Positions 25,172 to 36,469 of a stretch of DNA of 64,000 nt are shown piece by piece. The notes below the pieces were generated by a model that worked only from the letters and a program-made list of their open reading frames with translations, had not been told where the DNA came from and ran no database searches. This stretch comes from Myxococcota bacterium (GTDB taxonomy: Bacteria > Myxococcota_A > UBA9160 > SZUA-336), in the NCBI GenBank assembly GCA_965247115.1, contig CBDFGR010000003.1:2080001-2144000 (forward strand). Reading direction: 5' to 3'. The first letter of the stretch is position 1, and the number at the start of each line of letters is the position of its first letter. Both the position numbers and the translations under genes were made by a program.

Positions 25172-26095
25172 TCAACGCGCCGGTCGCTCGGCCGCATCCT
25201 GGACCGAAGCCGAGAGCAAGAGATCGGCGAGGCGATCGAGCTCGGCTTCGCCGAAGTAGTGAAGCTCGATCCTGCCTCGGCCCAGTCGTCCCACGATGCG
25301 GACCTTGGTCTGCACGCTCGTGCGTAGCTGATCCTCCAGGTGGACGACATGAAGATCGCGTGTCGGTCCGCTTCGCACTTCTGGACCCGTCGATCCGGCC
25401 GCCAGCTTGCGACACAGGTCCTCGGCGGCCCTGACACTGAGACCTCCGCGCACAATCTGGTCCCGCACCATGCGGCGTTGGTCCAGAGGCGCCTGAAGAA
25501 TGGCCTTGGCATGCCCCAGCGACATCCGCTGATCGATCAGATCCTGCTGGAGCTCCTGGCTGAGCTCCAGGATTCGTAGGTGATTCGCTACAGTCGATCG
25601 ATCCAGCCCAACGCGGCGGCCTGCCTCGTCCTGCGTCATTCCCTCGTCTTCCACGAGTACCCGAAAGGCCTCCGCCAGCTCGATCGGGTTGAGATCCGCG
25701 CGCTGGACATTCTCGACCAGCGCCATCTCGACGACCTCGCGGTCGCTCGCATCGAGAATCACTGCCGGAATCTCCGCGAGGCCGGCCAGCTGGGCGGCAC
25801 GCCAGCGCCGTTCGCCGATGATCAGCTCGTAGCCATCGCCCCGCCGCCGGGCGACAACGGGCTGCAGGACCCCCTGCTCCCGGATTGACGCGGCAAGAGT
25901 GGACAGCTCGCGCTCCCGGAACTGCTTGCGCGGCTGATTCGGATTGGGGGCCACGTTGGCCACTGCGATGTACAGCGGACCGCTGGTCCCCTCTTCCGAC
26001 AGAGCAGCCTCGGGCAGTGGCCCGGACCCCGGTCGCGCGTTGGGCGGCGGAATCAAAGCGGAGAGTCCTCGACCCAGGGCCTTACGGGTTGCCAT
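25172..26095 (-). CDS. parB: Chromosome partitioning protein ParB
   Basis: LGRGLSAL, NPNQPRK, GERRWRA, ENVQRADL, RSTVAN. Confidence 0.97.
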   Translation of the reverse strand: MATRKALGRGLSALIPPPNARPGSGPLPEAALSEEGTSGPLYIAVANVAPNPNQPRKQFRERELSTLAASIREQGVLQPVVARRRGDGYELIIGERRWRAAQLAGLAEIPAVILDASDREVVEMALVENVQRADLNPIELAEAFRVLVEDEGMTQDEAGRRVGLDRSTVANHLRILELSQELQQDLIDQRMSLGHAKAILQAPLDQRRMVRDQIVRGGLSVRAAEDLCRKLAAGSTGPEVRSGPTRDLHVVHLEDQLRTSVQTKVRIVGRLGRGRIELHYFGEAELDRLADLLLSASVQDAAERPAR

Positions 26096-26858
26096 GCTTC
26101 ACCCTTTCGAGAAGCTCCTCAGCCAAACGCAGGTAGCTGAGGGCCCCCTTTGAGTTGATGTCATAGAGCAGCGCGGGCTCGCCGTGGCTCGGAGCCTCGG
26201 AGAGGCGAACGTTCCTGGGGATGACTGTGCTGAAGACCTTGTCCCCGAAATGCTCGCGGGCGTCCCGTGCCACCTGCAGGGACAGGTTGTTGCGGGGGTC
26301 GTACATGGTCAGAAGCAGACCCTCGAGCTCGAGCTCCGGGTTCAGCTCCGCACGGACCAGATCCATGGTGTCGATGAGTCTCGCCAGTCCCTCGAGTGCG
26401 AGATACTCGCATTGCAGCGGAATGAGCACGGAATTCGCCGCTACCAGAGCGTTCAGGGTCAGCAGTCCCAGAGACGGAGGCGTATCAATCAAAATGACCT
26501 GATAGCGGTCCCGAATGCTACTCACACAGGCCGCCAACCTGCGCTCACGGTCCGCCGCTCCAGCCAGCTCGACCTCTGCGCCGACGAGCTCACTAGAGGC
26601 CGGAATCAGCTGAAGGCACTGGAGCTGGGTCCCCAACGCAACCTCGTCGAGAGTGGCCTCCCCGGTCAACGCATCGTAGATGTCACTCTTCACGTCTCCG
26701 ACCAGATATCCCAAGCTGGACGTGGAGTTGGCCTGGGGGTCGAAGTCGATCAGCAAGGTGCGGCACTCCGCCGCTGCCAGCGAGGCTCCGAGATTGACGG
26801 CAGTCGCCGTCTTCCCCACCCCGCCTTTCTGATTCGCCAAGGCGATGATCCGCGCCAT
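26082..26858 (-). CDS. parA: Chromosome partitioning ATPase ParA/Soj
   Basis: NQKGGVGKT, DPQAN, DTPPSLG, IPRNVRLSEAPSHG. Confidence 0.97.
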   Translation of the reverse strand: MARIIALANQKGGVGKTATAVNLGASLAAAECRTLLIDFDPQANSTSSLGYLVGDVKSDIYDALTGEATLDEVALGTQLQCLQLIPASSELVGAEVELAGAADRERRLAACVSSIRDRYQVILIDTPPSLGLLTLNALVAANSVLIPLQCEYLALEGLARLIDTMDLVRAELNPELELEGLLLTMYDPRNNLSLQVARDAREHFGDKVFSTVIPRNVRLSEAPSHGEPALLYDINSKGALSYLRLAEELLERVKHGNP

Positions 26859-26870
26859 CTCACCCCCCTA

Positions 26871-27187
26871 CTGTGGGACCCGCGCGCGGGCGGCCGCGCG
26901 CACCCACCTTCGCTCAGGCCTACGGCCTTCGCTGCGCGCCCCCGCCAAAGGCGGGGGCTTGCTTGTGTTTTTTGAATGTAACTCTGTGAGACCCCGCGCG
27001 CGGGCGGCCGCGCGCGCCCACCTTCGCTCAGGCCTATGGCCTTCGCTGCGCGCCCCCGCCAAAGGCGGGGGCTTGCGTGCGTTTCTTGAATGTAACTCTG
27101 TGAGACCCCGCGCGCGGGCGGCCCTCCCGCGGGTCAACGACCCGCGGGCTGCTGACTGCGCCCACCCGGTGTTTTCTGAATGTAACT
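26871..27187 (+). repeat. Tandem array of family C repeats (two full ~113-bp units plus a truncated third)
   Basis: Units start at 26871, 26984 and 27098; each ends TGAATGTAACT (26973, 27087, 27177). Confidence 0.9.
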
Positions 27188-27190
27188 TAC

Positions 27191-27206
27191 GGTTCCACGT
27201 GAAAGA
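27191..27206. promoter_or_regulatory. parS site
   Basis: GGTTCCACGTGAAAGA, 14/16 match to TGTTCCACGTGAAACA, upstream of parA. Confidence 0.8.
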
Positions 27207-27293
27207 AGTAGGAAACCGTGGGGTTGCCTGGGAATTTGCTCGGGGATGGACCCTGGGGGCCTCTTGGGGGGCGCTCGCCGGGATCAGCGAGGA

Positions 27294-27860
27294 CTAGTCG
27301 TGCGTTCCACGAGAAACTTCCGCCGCATGAATGCGCAGGATGCTGCCGCCCGAGACGAGTGGAATCTCCTGGGGCTGGAGGTCGGGTGGCCGCGGCTGAG
27401 CGCTTGAGACCCAGATCCACATCTCTCCACTCGGGAGCACCCAGGGGCGAGCGATGCGCGCTGACTCCGGCGGGGGCGCAACGGCTCGCAGCAGGGCGTA
27501 GGAGTACCGCTCCTGCGGTGGATCTTCGATGCGCTGGCGTAGCACGGTCGCGTGGCTCAGATCGAGCTTGCGGACCACATGGCGCAGGAAGTTGACGCGG
27601 CGCTCGCGGGCCTCGACCAGGTCGATAATCAGGTCCGGCCGGCGCAGAGCTAGCGGGATGCCGGGAAACCCCGCCCCGCTTCCCAGATCAACGATACGAG
27701 CGCCCGAGGGCAGATGCTCTGCCGCAGCCAGGGAGTCCTCGACGTGGCGTGCCAGGGCGGCGCCGTTGGTGGATCCGACGAGATTCGTGCGGGCACCCCA
27801 GCGCCGGATCTCATCCAGATAGAGATCGAGCGGGTCGGCTCGCTCCCCGCTGCGCGTCAC
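27294..27860 (-). CDS. rsmG: 16S rRNA m7G527 methyltransferase
   Basis: RHVEDSL, DLGSGAGFPGIPLA, RAVA; lies upstream of parA. Confidence 0.92.
   Translation of the reverse strand: MTRSGERADPLDLYLDEIRRWGARTNLVGSTNGAALARHVEDSLAAAEHLPSGARIVDLGSGAGFPGIPLALRRPDLIIDLVEARERRVNFLRHVVRKLDLSHATVLRQRIEDPPQERYSYALLRAVAPPPESARIARPWVLPSGEMWIWVSSAQPRPPDLQPQEIPLVSGGSILRIHAAEVSRGTHD
27303..27318. promoter_or_regulatory. Second, degenerate parS site inside the rsmG 3' end
   Basis: CGTTCCACGAGAAACT (13/16 match), encoding VSRGT. Confidence 0.6.
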
Positions 27861-28495
27861 TCCGGAAGGATCTTGACCCGCCTGACCGGCCCATCTCCCT
27901 CGCTCTCGGAGCGGATCCCCCTCTCATCCTTGAGGGCATTGTGGACGACCCAGCGTTCCTTCGAGCTCATCGCCGGCAGAAGCTGGGGCTCGCCGTCGTC
28001 TCTAACGTGCCTTGCGGCCTCCTGAGCTATCTTCTCCAGCTCGCGCTCCTCCTCGGTGAGCGGACGGTCGGGGTCTCGCTCCCGTCCACCACGGCTCCGT
28101 TCGCCTCGATCGTTTCGATCGCGACCTCCACGGCCGCCTCGGTCCGCACCTCGATCACCACCCTCACGACCACGGCCCCCGCGCGCGCGCTCCCCGCCAC
28201 GACCCCGATCTCCGTCCCGCCCTCGGTCGCCGCGATCTCGGTCCCGATCGCGGCCTCGGGCGTTTCGATCCCGATCTCCTCCGCCTCGCCTGCTGTCGCC
28301 ACCCCCGCTCCGCATCTGCAGGCGGCCCCTGGGCGCGGCGATCACCAGTGCACGAACCCCCAGGCCGGAAGGGGTCTCCTCCACGGCCTTGTAGTCGAGC
28401 TCCTCTTCTGAGAGCCCGAAGTAGGAGGCCGCCTTTGCGATCGCCTCCTCACGAGTTTCCCCTGCAAATTCCCTCACTTGCGATCGATCAGCCAC
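27857..28495 (-). CDS. jag: Jag/EloR-family protein: Jag_N plus RG-rich linker plus R3H
   Basis: GETREEAIAKA N-terminus; AMSSKERWVVHNAL..SESEGDG R3H domain; follows yidC. Confidence 0.85.
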   Translation of the reverse strand: MADRSQVREFAGETREEAIAKAASYFGLSEEELDYKAVEETPSGLGVRALVIAAPRGRLQMRSGGGDSRRGGGDRDRNARGRDRDRDRGDRGRDGDRGRGGERARGGRGREGGDRGADRGGRGGRDRNDRGERSRGGRERDPDRPLTEEERELEKIAQEAARHVRDDGEPQLLPAMSSKERWVVHNALKDERGIRSESEGDGPVRRVKILPE

Positions 28496-28529
28496 GTTTC
28501 TTCCTTTCCTTGTGGGGCCCGGCCTGCCT

Positions 28530-28623
28530 TGTGGGACCGGCCTGCGTACGGCCGCAGGCCACCCACCTTCGCTCAGGCCTTTGGCCTTCGCTGCGCGCGC
28601 CGCTTTCGCGGCGCTTGCATGGG
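28530..28623 (+). repeat. Repeat family C copy (partial 5' duplication at 28509-28527)
   Basis: TGTGGGACCGGCCTGCG..CGCAGGCC ACCCACCTTCGCTCAGGCCTTTGGCCTTCGCTGCGCG..GCTTGCATGG. Confidence 0.85.
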
Positions 28624-28630
28624 TGCAGCG

Positions 28631-30325
28631 TCACTTTGTTTCCTCGGGCGCGGGTTGTCGGTTGACGAATAGCTGTTGGGCGATGCCCAGCAAGTTGCTT
28701 ACGAACCAATAGAGAACCAGCCCGGAGGGGAAGCGGTAAAAGAGAAAGATAAACATCACACTCATCATCGTCATCATCTGCTTCTGCTGCGGGTCTGCAC
28801 TGGGCGTCGGCGTCATGCGCTGCTGCAGAACCATCGTCGCGCCCATCATCAGCGGGAGAAGGCGGATGGGGATGCCCGCGATCGAGAAGAGATCCTCCGG
28901 AGCCGAGAGGTCATCGATCCAGAAAATGAAGGGTGCGTGGCGCAGCTCGATCGTGCTCTGGAGCGCGAAATACAGGGCGATCATGAAGGGCATCTGGATC
29001 AGCATCGGCAAACAGCCGCCGCCCATCGCCGTCAGGGGGTTCATCCCCTTGCGCTTATACAGGCCCATCAGCTCCTCCTGCTGCTTGCCCTTGTCGTCCT
29101 TGTACTTCTCCTGAATCTCCTTCATCTGAGGAGCGATCACCCCGAACTTCTTCATCGACTTCATCGAGCGTTGCGTCAGAGGGAACGTGGCCACGCGCAG
29201 CACGATGGTGAGCAGGATGATGGCTACCCCGTAGTTCCCCACGATATGTGCGTACGTCCAGGCCAGCATGCCCGCGAAGAGATCAACCAGGGGGCGCACG
29301 AAGGCCCAGCCGACAGCCAGGGCAGGCAGAAGCTCCGGATCGACCGAGGCGACCTTCTCGCGGACCTTTGGTCCGAGGTAGAGCCGGTAGGTCCGCTCCA
29401 CCCCGGTTCCTGGGGGCACATAGAAGGCCGGATAGTTGACCTGCGCCCAGCCCAGGTTCGGACCGAGAGGTCCGAGAAAACCTGAGGATTCTCGGGGGTT
29501 TTCGACGACGGATGCGGCCAAGAAGTACTGGCTGTCCAGACCGACCCAGGAGACGGGCGCCGGCACCGGCTCACCGGTGGGTGGGCCGCCTCCGGTAAGG
29601 CCCGAGAAGAATCCTGGGCTCCCGATCCCCTGCAGCGCCCTCCGATCGATCGCGGCGTCAGCGGAAGCCACCAGGCTGAAATTCTGAAAGCGGTCCGGGG
29701 CATCGGAGTCACGCTCTCTCCCGTACCAGACAAGCTGGAAGCGAGGCTGGATCGCAACCTCCGTCCGATTCTTGATCGAGAGCCTGAGCCGACCCCCATA
29801 GCCTGCGTCATCGATGCTGATGCGACGCGTCACTGTCAGCCCCTGGCGCTCGACCCGGAGCTCCAGCTCGTATCCGGTTGCCTGCACCACCTCGTGCTCG
29901 AGGTCCTGAAGATCCGCCAGCATGGGATCATCCCCTAGGAAAACCAGTAGGTTCCCGAGCGATGGATCCGTCACGAGCTCGACCGGACCGCCTCCTCCTC
30001 CGACCCGATCGGCGTAGTCCTTGAGCTGTACGCTCACCAGACGACCACCGACGTTGCTCACCACGATCCGCAGTGCGTCATTCTCAAGAACACGAGTCTG
30101 ACGCTGCGTCAAAGACCTCCCAGCTGCGTCATCCCGCCCTTCCGCGGCCTCGAGCGGGCTCGCTGCGATCGTTTCGAGGGGCGCTTGAGGCCCGGCGGCA
30201 GGCGGAGGAGCCGTCGGCGACGAGCCGGTCTGGCTCGGAGGGGCGGGGGATCTCCCACCGAACAAGAAGGAGAGTGCGATCAGCCCAACGGCTACGGCAA
30301 TAGCGGCGATCTGCAGGCGGTCCAC
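28631..30325 (-). CDS. yidC: Membrane protein insertase YidC
   Basis: NYGVAIILLT, GGCLPMLIQMP, WIDDLS, GLVLYW. Confidence 0.97.
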   Translation of the reverse strand: MDRLQIAAIAVAVGLIALSFLFGGRSPAPPSQTGSSPTAPPPAAGPQAPLETIAASPLEAAEGRDDAAGRSLTQRQTRVLENDALRIVVSNVGGRLVSVQLKDYADRVGGGGGPVELVTDPSLGNLLVFLGDDPMLADLQDLEHEVVQATGYELELRVERQGLTVTRRISIDDAGYGGRLRLSIKNRTEVAIQPRFQLVWYGRERDSDAPDRFQNFSLVASADAAIDRRALQGIGSPGFFSGLTGGGPPTGEPVPAPVSWVGLDSQYFLAASVVENPRESSGFLGPLGPNLGWAQVNYPAFYVPPGTGVERTYRLYLGPKVREKVASVDPELLPALAVGWAFVRPLVDLFAGMLAWTYAHIVGNYGVAIILLTIVLRVATFPLTQRSMKSMKKFGVIAPQMKEIQEKYKDDKGKQQEELMGLYKRKGMNPLTAMGGGCLPMLIQMPFMIALYFALQSTIELRHAPFIFWIDDLSAPEDLFSIAGIPIRLLPLMMGATMVLQQRMTPTPSADPQQKQMMTMMSVMFIFLFYRFPSGLVLYWFVSNLLGIAQQLFVNRQPAPEETK

Positions 30326-30336
30326 CCAGAGCTCTC

Positions 30337-30543
30337 CTAGGGAAGGTCCAGGCCGCCCTGAGAGAGCGGGCGACAGCGGAGCAGACGACCCAGAGCACGC
30401 CGGCTCCCCGACCAGGCGCCTTCAACCCGGATGACCTCGATCGCGTACTCCGAGCAGCTCGGGTAGTAGCGACACGCCCCCCCCAGGTGTGGGGAGAGGA
30501 CCACCTGGTAGGCCCGAATGGCCGCGATCAGGAGTCCGCGCAA
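30337..30543 (-). CDS. yidD: Membrane protein insertion efficiency factor
   Basis: IRAYQ..SP..CRYYPSCSEY..RCRP..GGLD; start probably TTG 30543. Confidence 0.9.
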   Translation of the reverse strand: MRGLLIAAIRAYQVVLSPHLGGACRYYPSCSEYAIEVIRVEGAWSGSRRALGRLLRCRPLSQGGLDLP

Positions 30544-30881
30544 CGGATCTCGTCTGTCACTCGCGACAGATCCTCCTCTACCGCCCGTAGGCCGATGCCC
30601 TCGGGGACGTCCCGCTTCACGATCACGTTGAGGTCGCACGCTCCGAGTCCCTGTCCGCTATTTCGAAACCACTCCCGCACCAGTCGCTTGATGCGATTGC
30701 GGCGCACTGCCTTGCCGACCTTGCGGGTGACGGTGATGCCCAGGCGTGGACCACCGAGATCGCGCCGGTCGTGAACCAGCACGAGAAAGTACCGGGTGAC
30801 GAGCTTCCGTCCACGCCGACTCGCTCGAAGGAAGTCGCCCCGACGCATTCGTGGTCTGAGTGCATCGGATGGTCCGGGCAT
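30528..30881 (-). CDS. rnpA: RNase P protein component
   Basis: RLGITVTRKVGKAVRRNRIKRLVRE. Confidence 0.95.
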   Translation of the reverse strand: MPGPSDALRPRMRRGDFLRASRRGRKLVTRYFLVLVHDRRDLGGPRLGITVTRKVGKAVRRNRIKRLVREWFRNSGQGLGACDLNVIVKRDVPEGIGLRAVEEDLSRVTDEIRCADS

Positions 30882-30893
30882 GCCCGATGGAGG

Positions 30894-31043
30894 CTACTTC
30901 CTTCTGACCTGTGGGGCGAGACGGCGGCGACCCTTCGCGCGGCGCCGCGCGAGCACACGGCGACCCGCCTTCGTGCTCATCCTGGAGCGAAAGCCGTGCG
31001 TGCGCGCCCGACGAATCCGGCTTGGCTGGAAAGTACGCTTCAC
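30894..31043 (-). CDS. rpmH: 50S ribosomal protein L34
   Basis: (V)[28 protein letters not shown]. Confidence 0.97.
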   Translation of the reverse strand: MKRTFQPSRIRRARTHGFRSRMSTKAGRRVLARRRAKGRRRLAPQVRRK

Positions 31044-31236
31044 GAGCGTCGTCCCGACAGCAACTGCTGAAAGGACAGATGCAAGCATAGGCCCCGCTGC
31101 GTGTCAACGCAGCGCGCCAGAGCACTAACACACTCGCTGCTACCAGGTCCGCAAGAAACATCTCGACGCCCGCACAATGATTCTTGCTTTGCTGCGCGGC
31201 GCTCTGATATGAGCAGGTTCACGCCACATCGAGACG

Positions 31237-32559
31237 GTGCACACTCCCTCCATGATCACCAGTGTGGGCCCCCACTCTTCTCTCCGGGAAGCCGAGTCGC
31301 TCTGGAAGTCGCTGGTCAACTACGAGCCAGAGCGTCTCCCTGGGCGCACACGCCAGGATCTCGTCGCAAACAGTCGCTGCCTCGATCTTTCAACAGACAC
31401 GCTGCGCGTCGCACTCGATGCTGCACGGGTCCGCGCGTGGATCGACGACAGCTCGCTAGGCTCCCTCGGAACCGCGCTCCACGCTGTGACGGCAGGTGCA
31501 GTGGAGCTGGCGTTAGTTCCACTCGAAGCGGCCACGACCCGGGAACAAGATTCGAGCTACAGCTTCACTTCGTTTATCACGAGTCCGTCCAACCAGCCGG
31601 CGTTTGCGCTCGCTTCCGAGTTCGCGCGCCAGCGTGACAGCGCAACCACACTCTTTGTCCACGGCCGGCAGGGCTCGGGAAAGAGTCACCTCTTGCGCGC
31701 GATCGCCGCGGAGCTCGATCTCGCCGATCCGGCTGGAGAGGTCATCTGCTGCGGTGCCGCGGAGCTGTCACTGGAGCTGATCGGGGCGATCTGGAACAAC
31801 AACCTGGAGCAGTTTCGCCGCAAGCTCGGCAAGGCCTCGGCTCTGCTCGTCGACGACGTCGACGCTCTCGCGGGCCGGGAGGCGACGCAGGACGAGCTGG
31901 CCCACAGCTTGAAGAAGCTCGCGGGTGTCCCGGTCGTGTTCTCGGCCTCGGACGGAGTGGAGCGTGTGCGAGATCTGATCGCACCCCTCCACGAGCAGCT
32001 GCAAGTCGCCACATCTCTCGAGCTCCTTGCCCCCGAGTGGGAGACTCGCGTCGCTATCGTGCTCGATCACATCCGCCGCTGGCAGGTTGCAGCCGCACCC
32101 GACGTGGCCTCTTTCCTGGCCGGCGAGCTCCGCTCCGACCTGCGCCGCGTCGACGCCGTCTTGACGCGACTCCTGACTCACCCCAGCTGCAAGGCCGGGC
32201 TCTCGGACCTCGAGGTGGTCCGCCACCTGCTCCAGGGCTCGTCCGGCCAGCGGATCAAGGTGACGCCTGAATCGGTGATCTCGACCGTGGCTCGCCACTT
32301 CAACCTGCGCCAGCGCGACCTGCGTTCCAGCAGTCGCAGTCGGCGCATCGCGTCACCGCGACAGATCGCGATGTACCTGATACGCGAGCACTGTGCCCTG
32401 TCGTACCCGGAGATCGGACGTCGCTTCGGGCGCCACCACACAACTGCCCTGCACTCCGTCCGCATGGTGAAGCGCCGCCTCGACGACAGCGGAGCAGTGC
32501 GGGCGGCAGTCGCGTTGCTGGAGAAGGAGCTGCTGAGATGGTCGGAAAAGGGTGAGTAG
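31237..32559 (+). CDS. dnaA: Chromosomal replication initiator DnaA (highly divergent)
   Basis: YSFTSFI, GSGKSHLL, LLVDDV, PRQIAMYL, IGRRFGRHHTTALH; canonical position between rpmH and dnaN; start may be ATG 31252. Confidence 0.85.
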   Translation: MHTPSMITSVGPHSSLREAESLWKSLVNYEPERLPGRTRQDLVANSRCLDLSTDTLRVALDAARVRAWIDDSSLGSLGTALHAVTAGAVELALVPLEAATTREQDSSYSFTSFITSPSNQPAFALASEFARQRDSATTLFVHGRQGSGKSHLLRAIAAELDLADPAGEVICCGAAELSLELIGAIWNNNLEQFRRKLGKASALLVDDVDALAGREATQDELAHSLKKLAGVPVVFSASDGVERVRDLIAPLHEQLQVATSLELLAPEWETRVAIVLDHIRRWQVAAAPDVASFLAGELRSDLRRVDAVLTRLLTHPSCKAGLSDLEVVRHLLQGSSGQRIKVTPESVISTVARHFNLRQRDLRSSSRSRRIASPRQIAMYLIREHCALSYPEIGRRFGRHHTTALHSVRMVKRRLDDSGAVRAAVALLEKELLRWSEKGE

Positions 32560-32747
32560 ACGGTGGAAAAGCTGGCACGTGGTGCGGACCGTGCGCGCGA
32601 CTCACACCGCCCGACAGCTTCTCCCCGGCAAGATGTGAAGAAAAGCACTCGAACTTGCGCTGCGAAAACGCAAGTTCCCAGATTTCCCCTGCCCCTACTT
32701 CTACTACTGTTCTTCTTTGATTAACCTCTGAGAAGAAGGAGCGTTCC
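32560..32747. other. Putative oriC
   Basis: dnaA-dnaN intergenic region; GC-rich GCCC followed by trio-like CTACTTCTACTACTGTTCTTCTT (~32695-32717); degenerate boxes GGTGGAAAA, TGTGAAGAA, TTCCCAGA/TTTCCCCT. Confidence 0.75.
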
Positions 32748-33854
32748 ATGAAACTCACGATCGATCGCGTAGAGCTACTCGCAGGCCTGGCCAGAGTGCA
32801 GGGCATCGTCGAACGACGGGGCACGCTTCCGATTCTTGCAAACGCGCTGATCGAGGCCCGGGAGGGCGGCATCGAGCTGGCCGCGACGGACCTCGAGGTG
32901 GGCTTTGTCGCCAGCATCGAGGCCCAGGTCGAGAGCGAGGGCTCCGTCACGCTCGGAGCCAAAAAGCTCCATGAGATCGTGCGGGAGCTCGACGAGAGTG
33001 ACGTGGTCCTCTCGACAGAAGATGGCTCGCGCGTTGGTATCCAGTGCGGCCCCGCCCACTTCTCCCTGCTCACGATCGCACCCGAGGAGTACCCGACCAT
33101 TCCCGGTGCCGAGGGGGTCAGCTTCGTTCCCATGGAGGCCGCCCTGCTGGCCGAGATGATCGATCGCACGCTCTACGCCACCTCCACAGACGAGACCCGT
33201 TACAACCTCAACGGCGTGTACGTGGAGGGAGCGGAAAAGGACCGGATTCGCTTCGTCTCCACCGACGGCCATCGGCTGGCCAAGGTCGAGAAGACCCCGG
33301 CCGCCCCGGTCGACTTCCTCGAGAAGGGCATCATCATTCCGCGTAAGGGCATGGCGGAGATCCGCAAGCTCTGCGAAGAAACGGAGGGGTCGATCGAGAT
33401 CGGCCTGGGCGACGGGTTCCTGATCCTGCGGCGCCCCGATCTGCTGCTGACGAGCCGGCTGATCGATGGCGAATTCCCGAATTTCCGCCAGATCCTTCCC
33501 TCTGGCCACAAGGTGCGACTCGTCATCGATCGGGAGCGTCTGATCCACGCGGTGCGCAGGATGTCGCTCGTGGCGCACGAACGCTCGCGTGGCTTCCGGG
33601 CGCAGCTGGCGGACGGCCAGATCGAGCTCTCGGCGAGCAGTCCGGAGCTCGGAGAGGCCCGGGAAGCGCTGCCAGTGGACTACTCGGGGACCCCTTTCGA
33701 GAGCGCCTTCAACGCCCGTTACGTCCTCGACGCCCTGGCGGCCATGACCAGTAAAGAGGTCGTCATCGAGCTCTCCGAGCAGCTCTCCCCAGCGCAGCTC
33801 AGACCAGCGGACGACCCGGATCAGGTCTCCGTGATCATGCCCATGAGACTGTAG
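32748..33854 (+). CDS. dnaN: DNA polymerase III beta clamp
   Basis: TLPILAN, ATDLE, STDGHRL, LIDGEFP, VIMPMRL. Confidence 0.98.
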   Translation: MKLTIDRVELLAGLARVQGIVERRGTLPILANALIEAREGGIELAATDLEVGFVASIEAQVESEGSVTLGAKKLHEIVRELDESDVVLSTEDGSRVGIQCGPAHFSLLTIAPEEYPTIPGAEGVSFVPMEAALLAEMIDRTLYATSTDETRYNLNGVYVEGAEKDRIRFVSTDGHRLAKVEKTPAAPVDFLEKGIIIPRKGMAEIRKLCEETEGSIEIGLGDGFLILRRPDLLLTSRLIDGEFPNFRQILPSGHKVRLVIDRERLIHAVRRMSLVAHERSRGFRAQLADGQIELSASSPELGEAREALPVDYSGTPFESAFNARYVLDALAAMTSKEVVIELSEQLSPAQLRPADDPDQVSVIMPMRL

Positions 33855-34002
33855 ATTCGAGCCGTCTGGTTCGCTATTTTATTCAGCGTTTGCAGCACCT
33901 TGCGAAGCAAGGGCGCCCCTTGCGATCCGGGTCTTTCGCACTACGGGAGAGTCGGGATTTCGAGCTGCTTCCGACCGTCGCGCAAACTCGCCCCTCCGGT
34001 AA

Positions 34003-36465
<2,463 letters not shown>

Positions 36466-36469
36466 GGGC

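Noticed and set aside
26871..27187. CRISPR array
   Set aside because: Units are ~113 bp and nearly identical throughout, with no unique spacers and no cas genes in the window
26845..27297. 150-aa ORF with repeated peptides
   Set aside because: It is a translation of the family C DNA repeats, antisense to the operon, with no coding support
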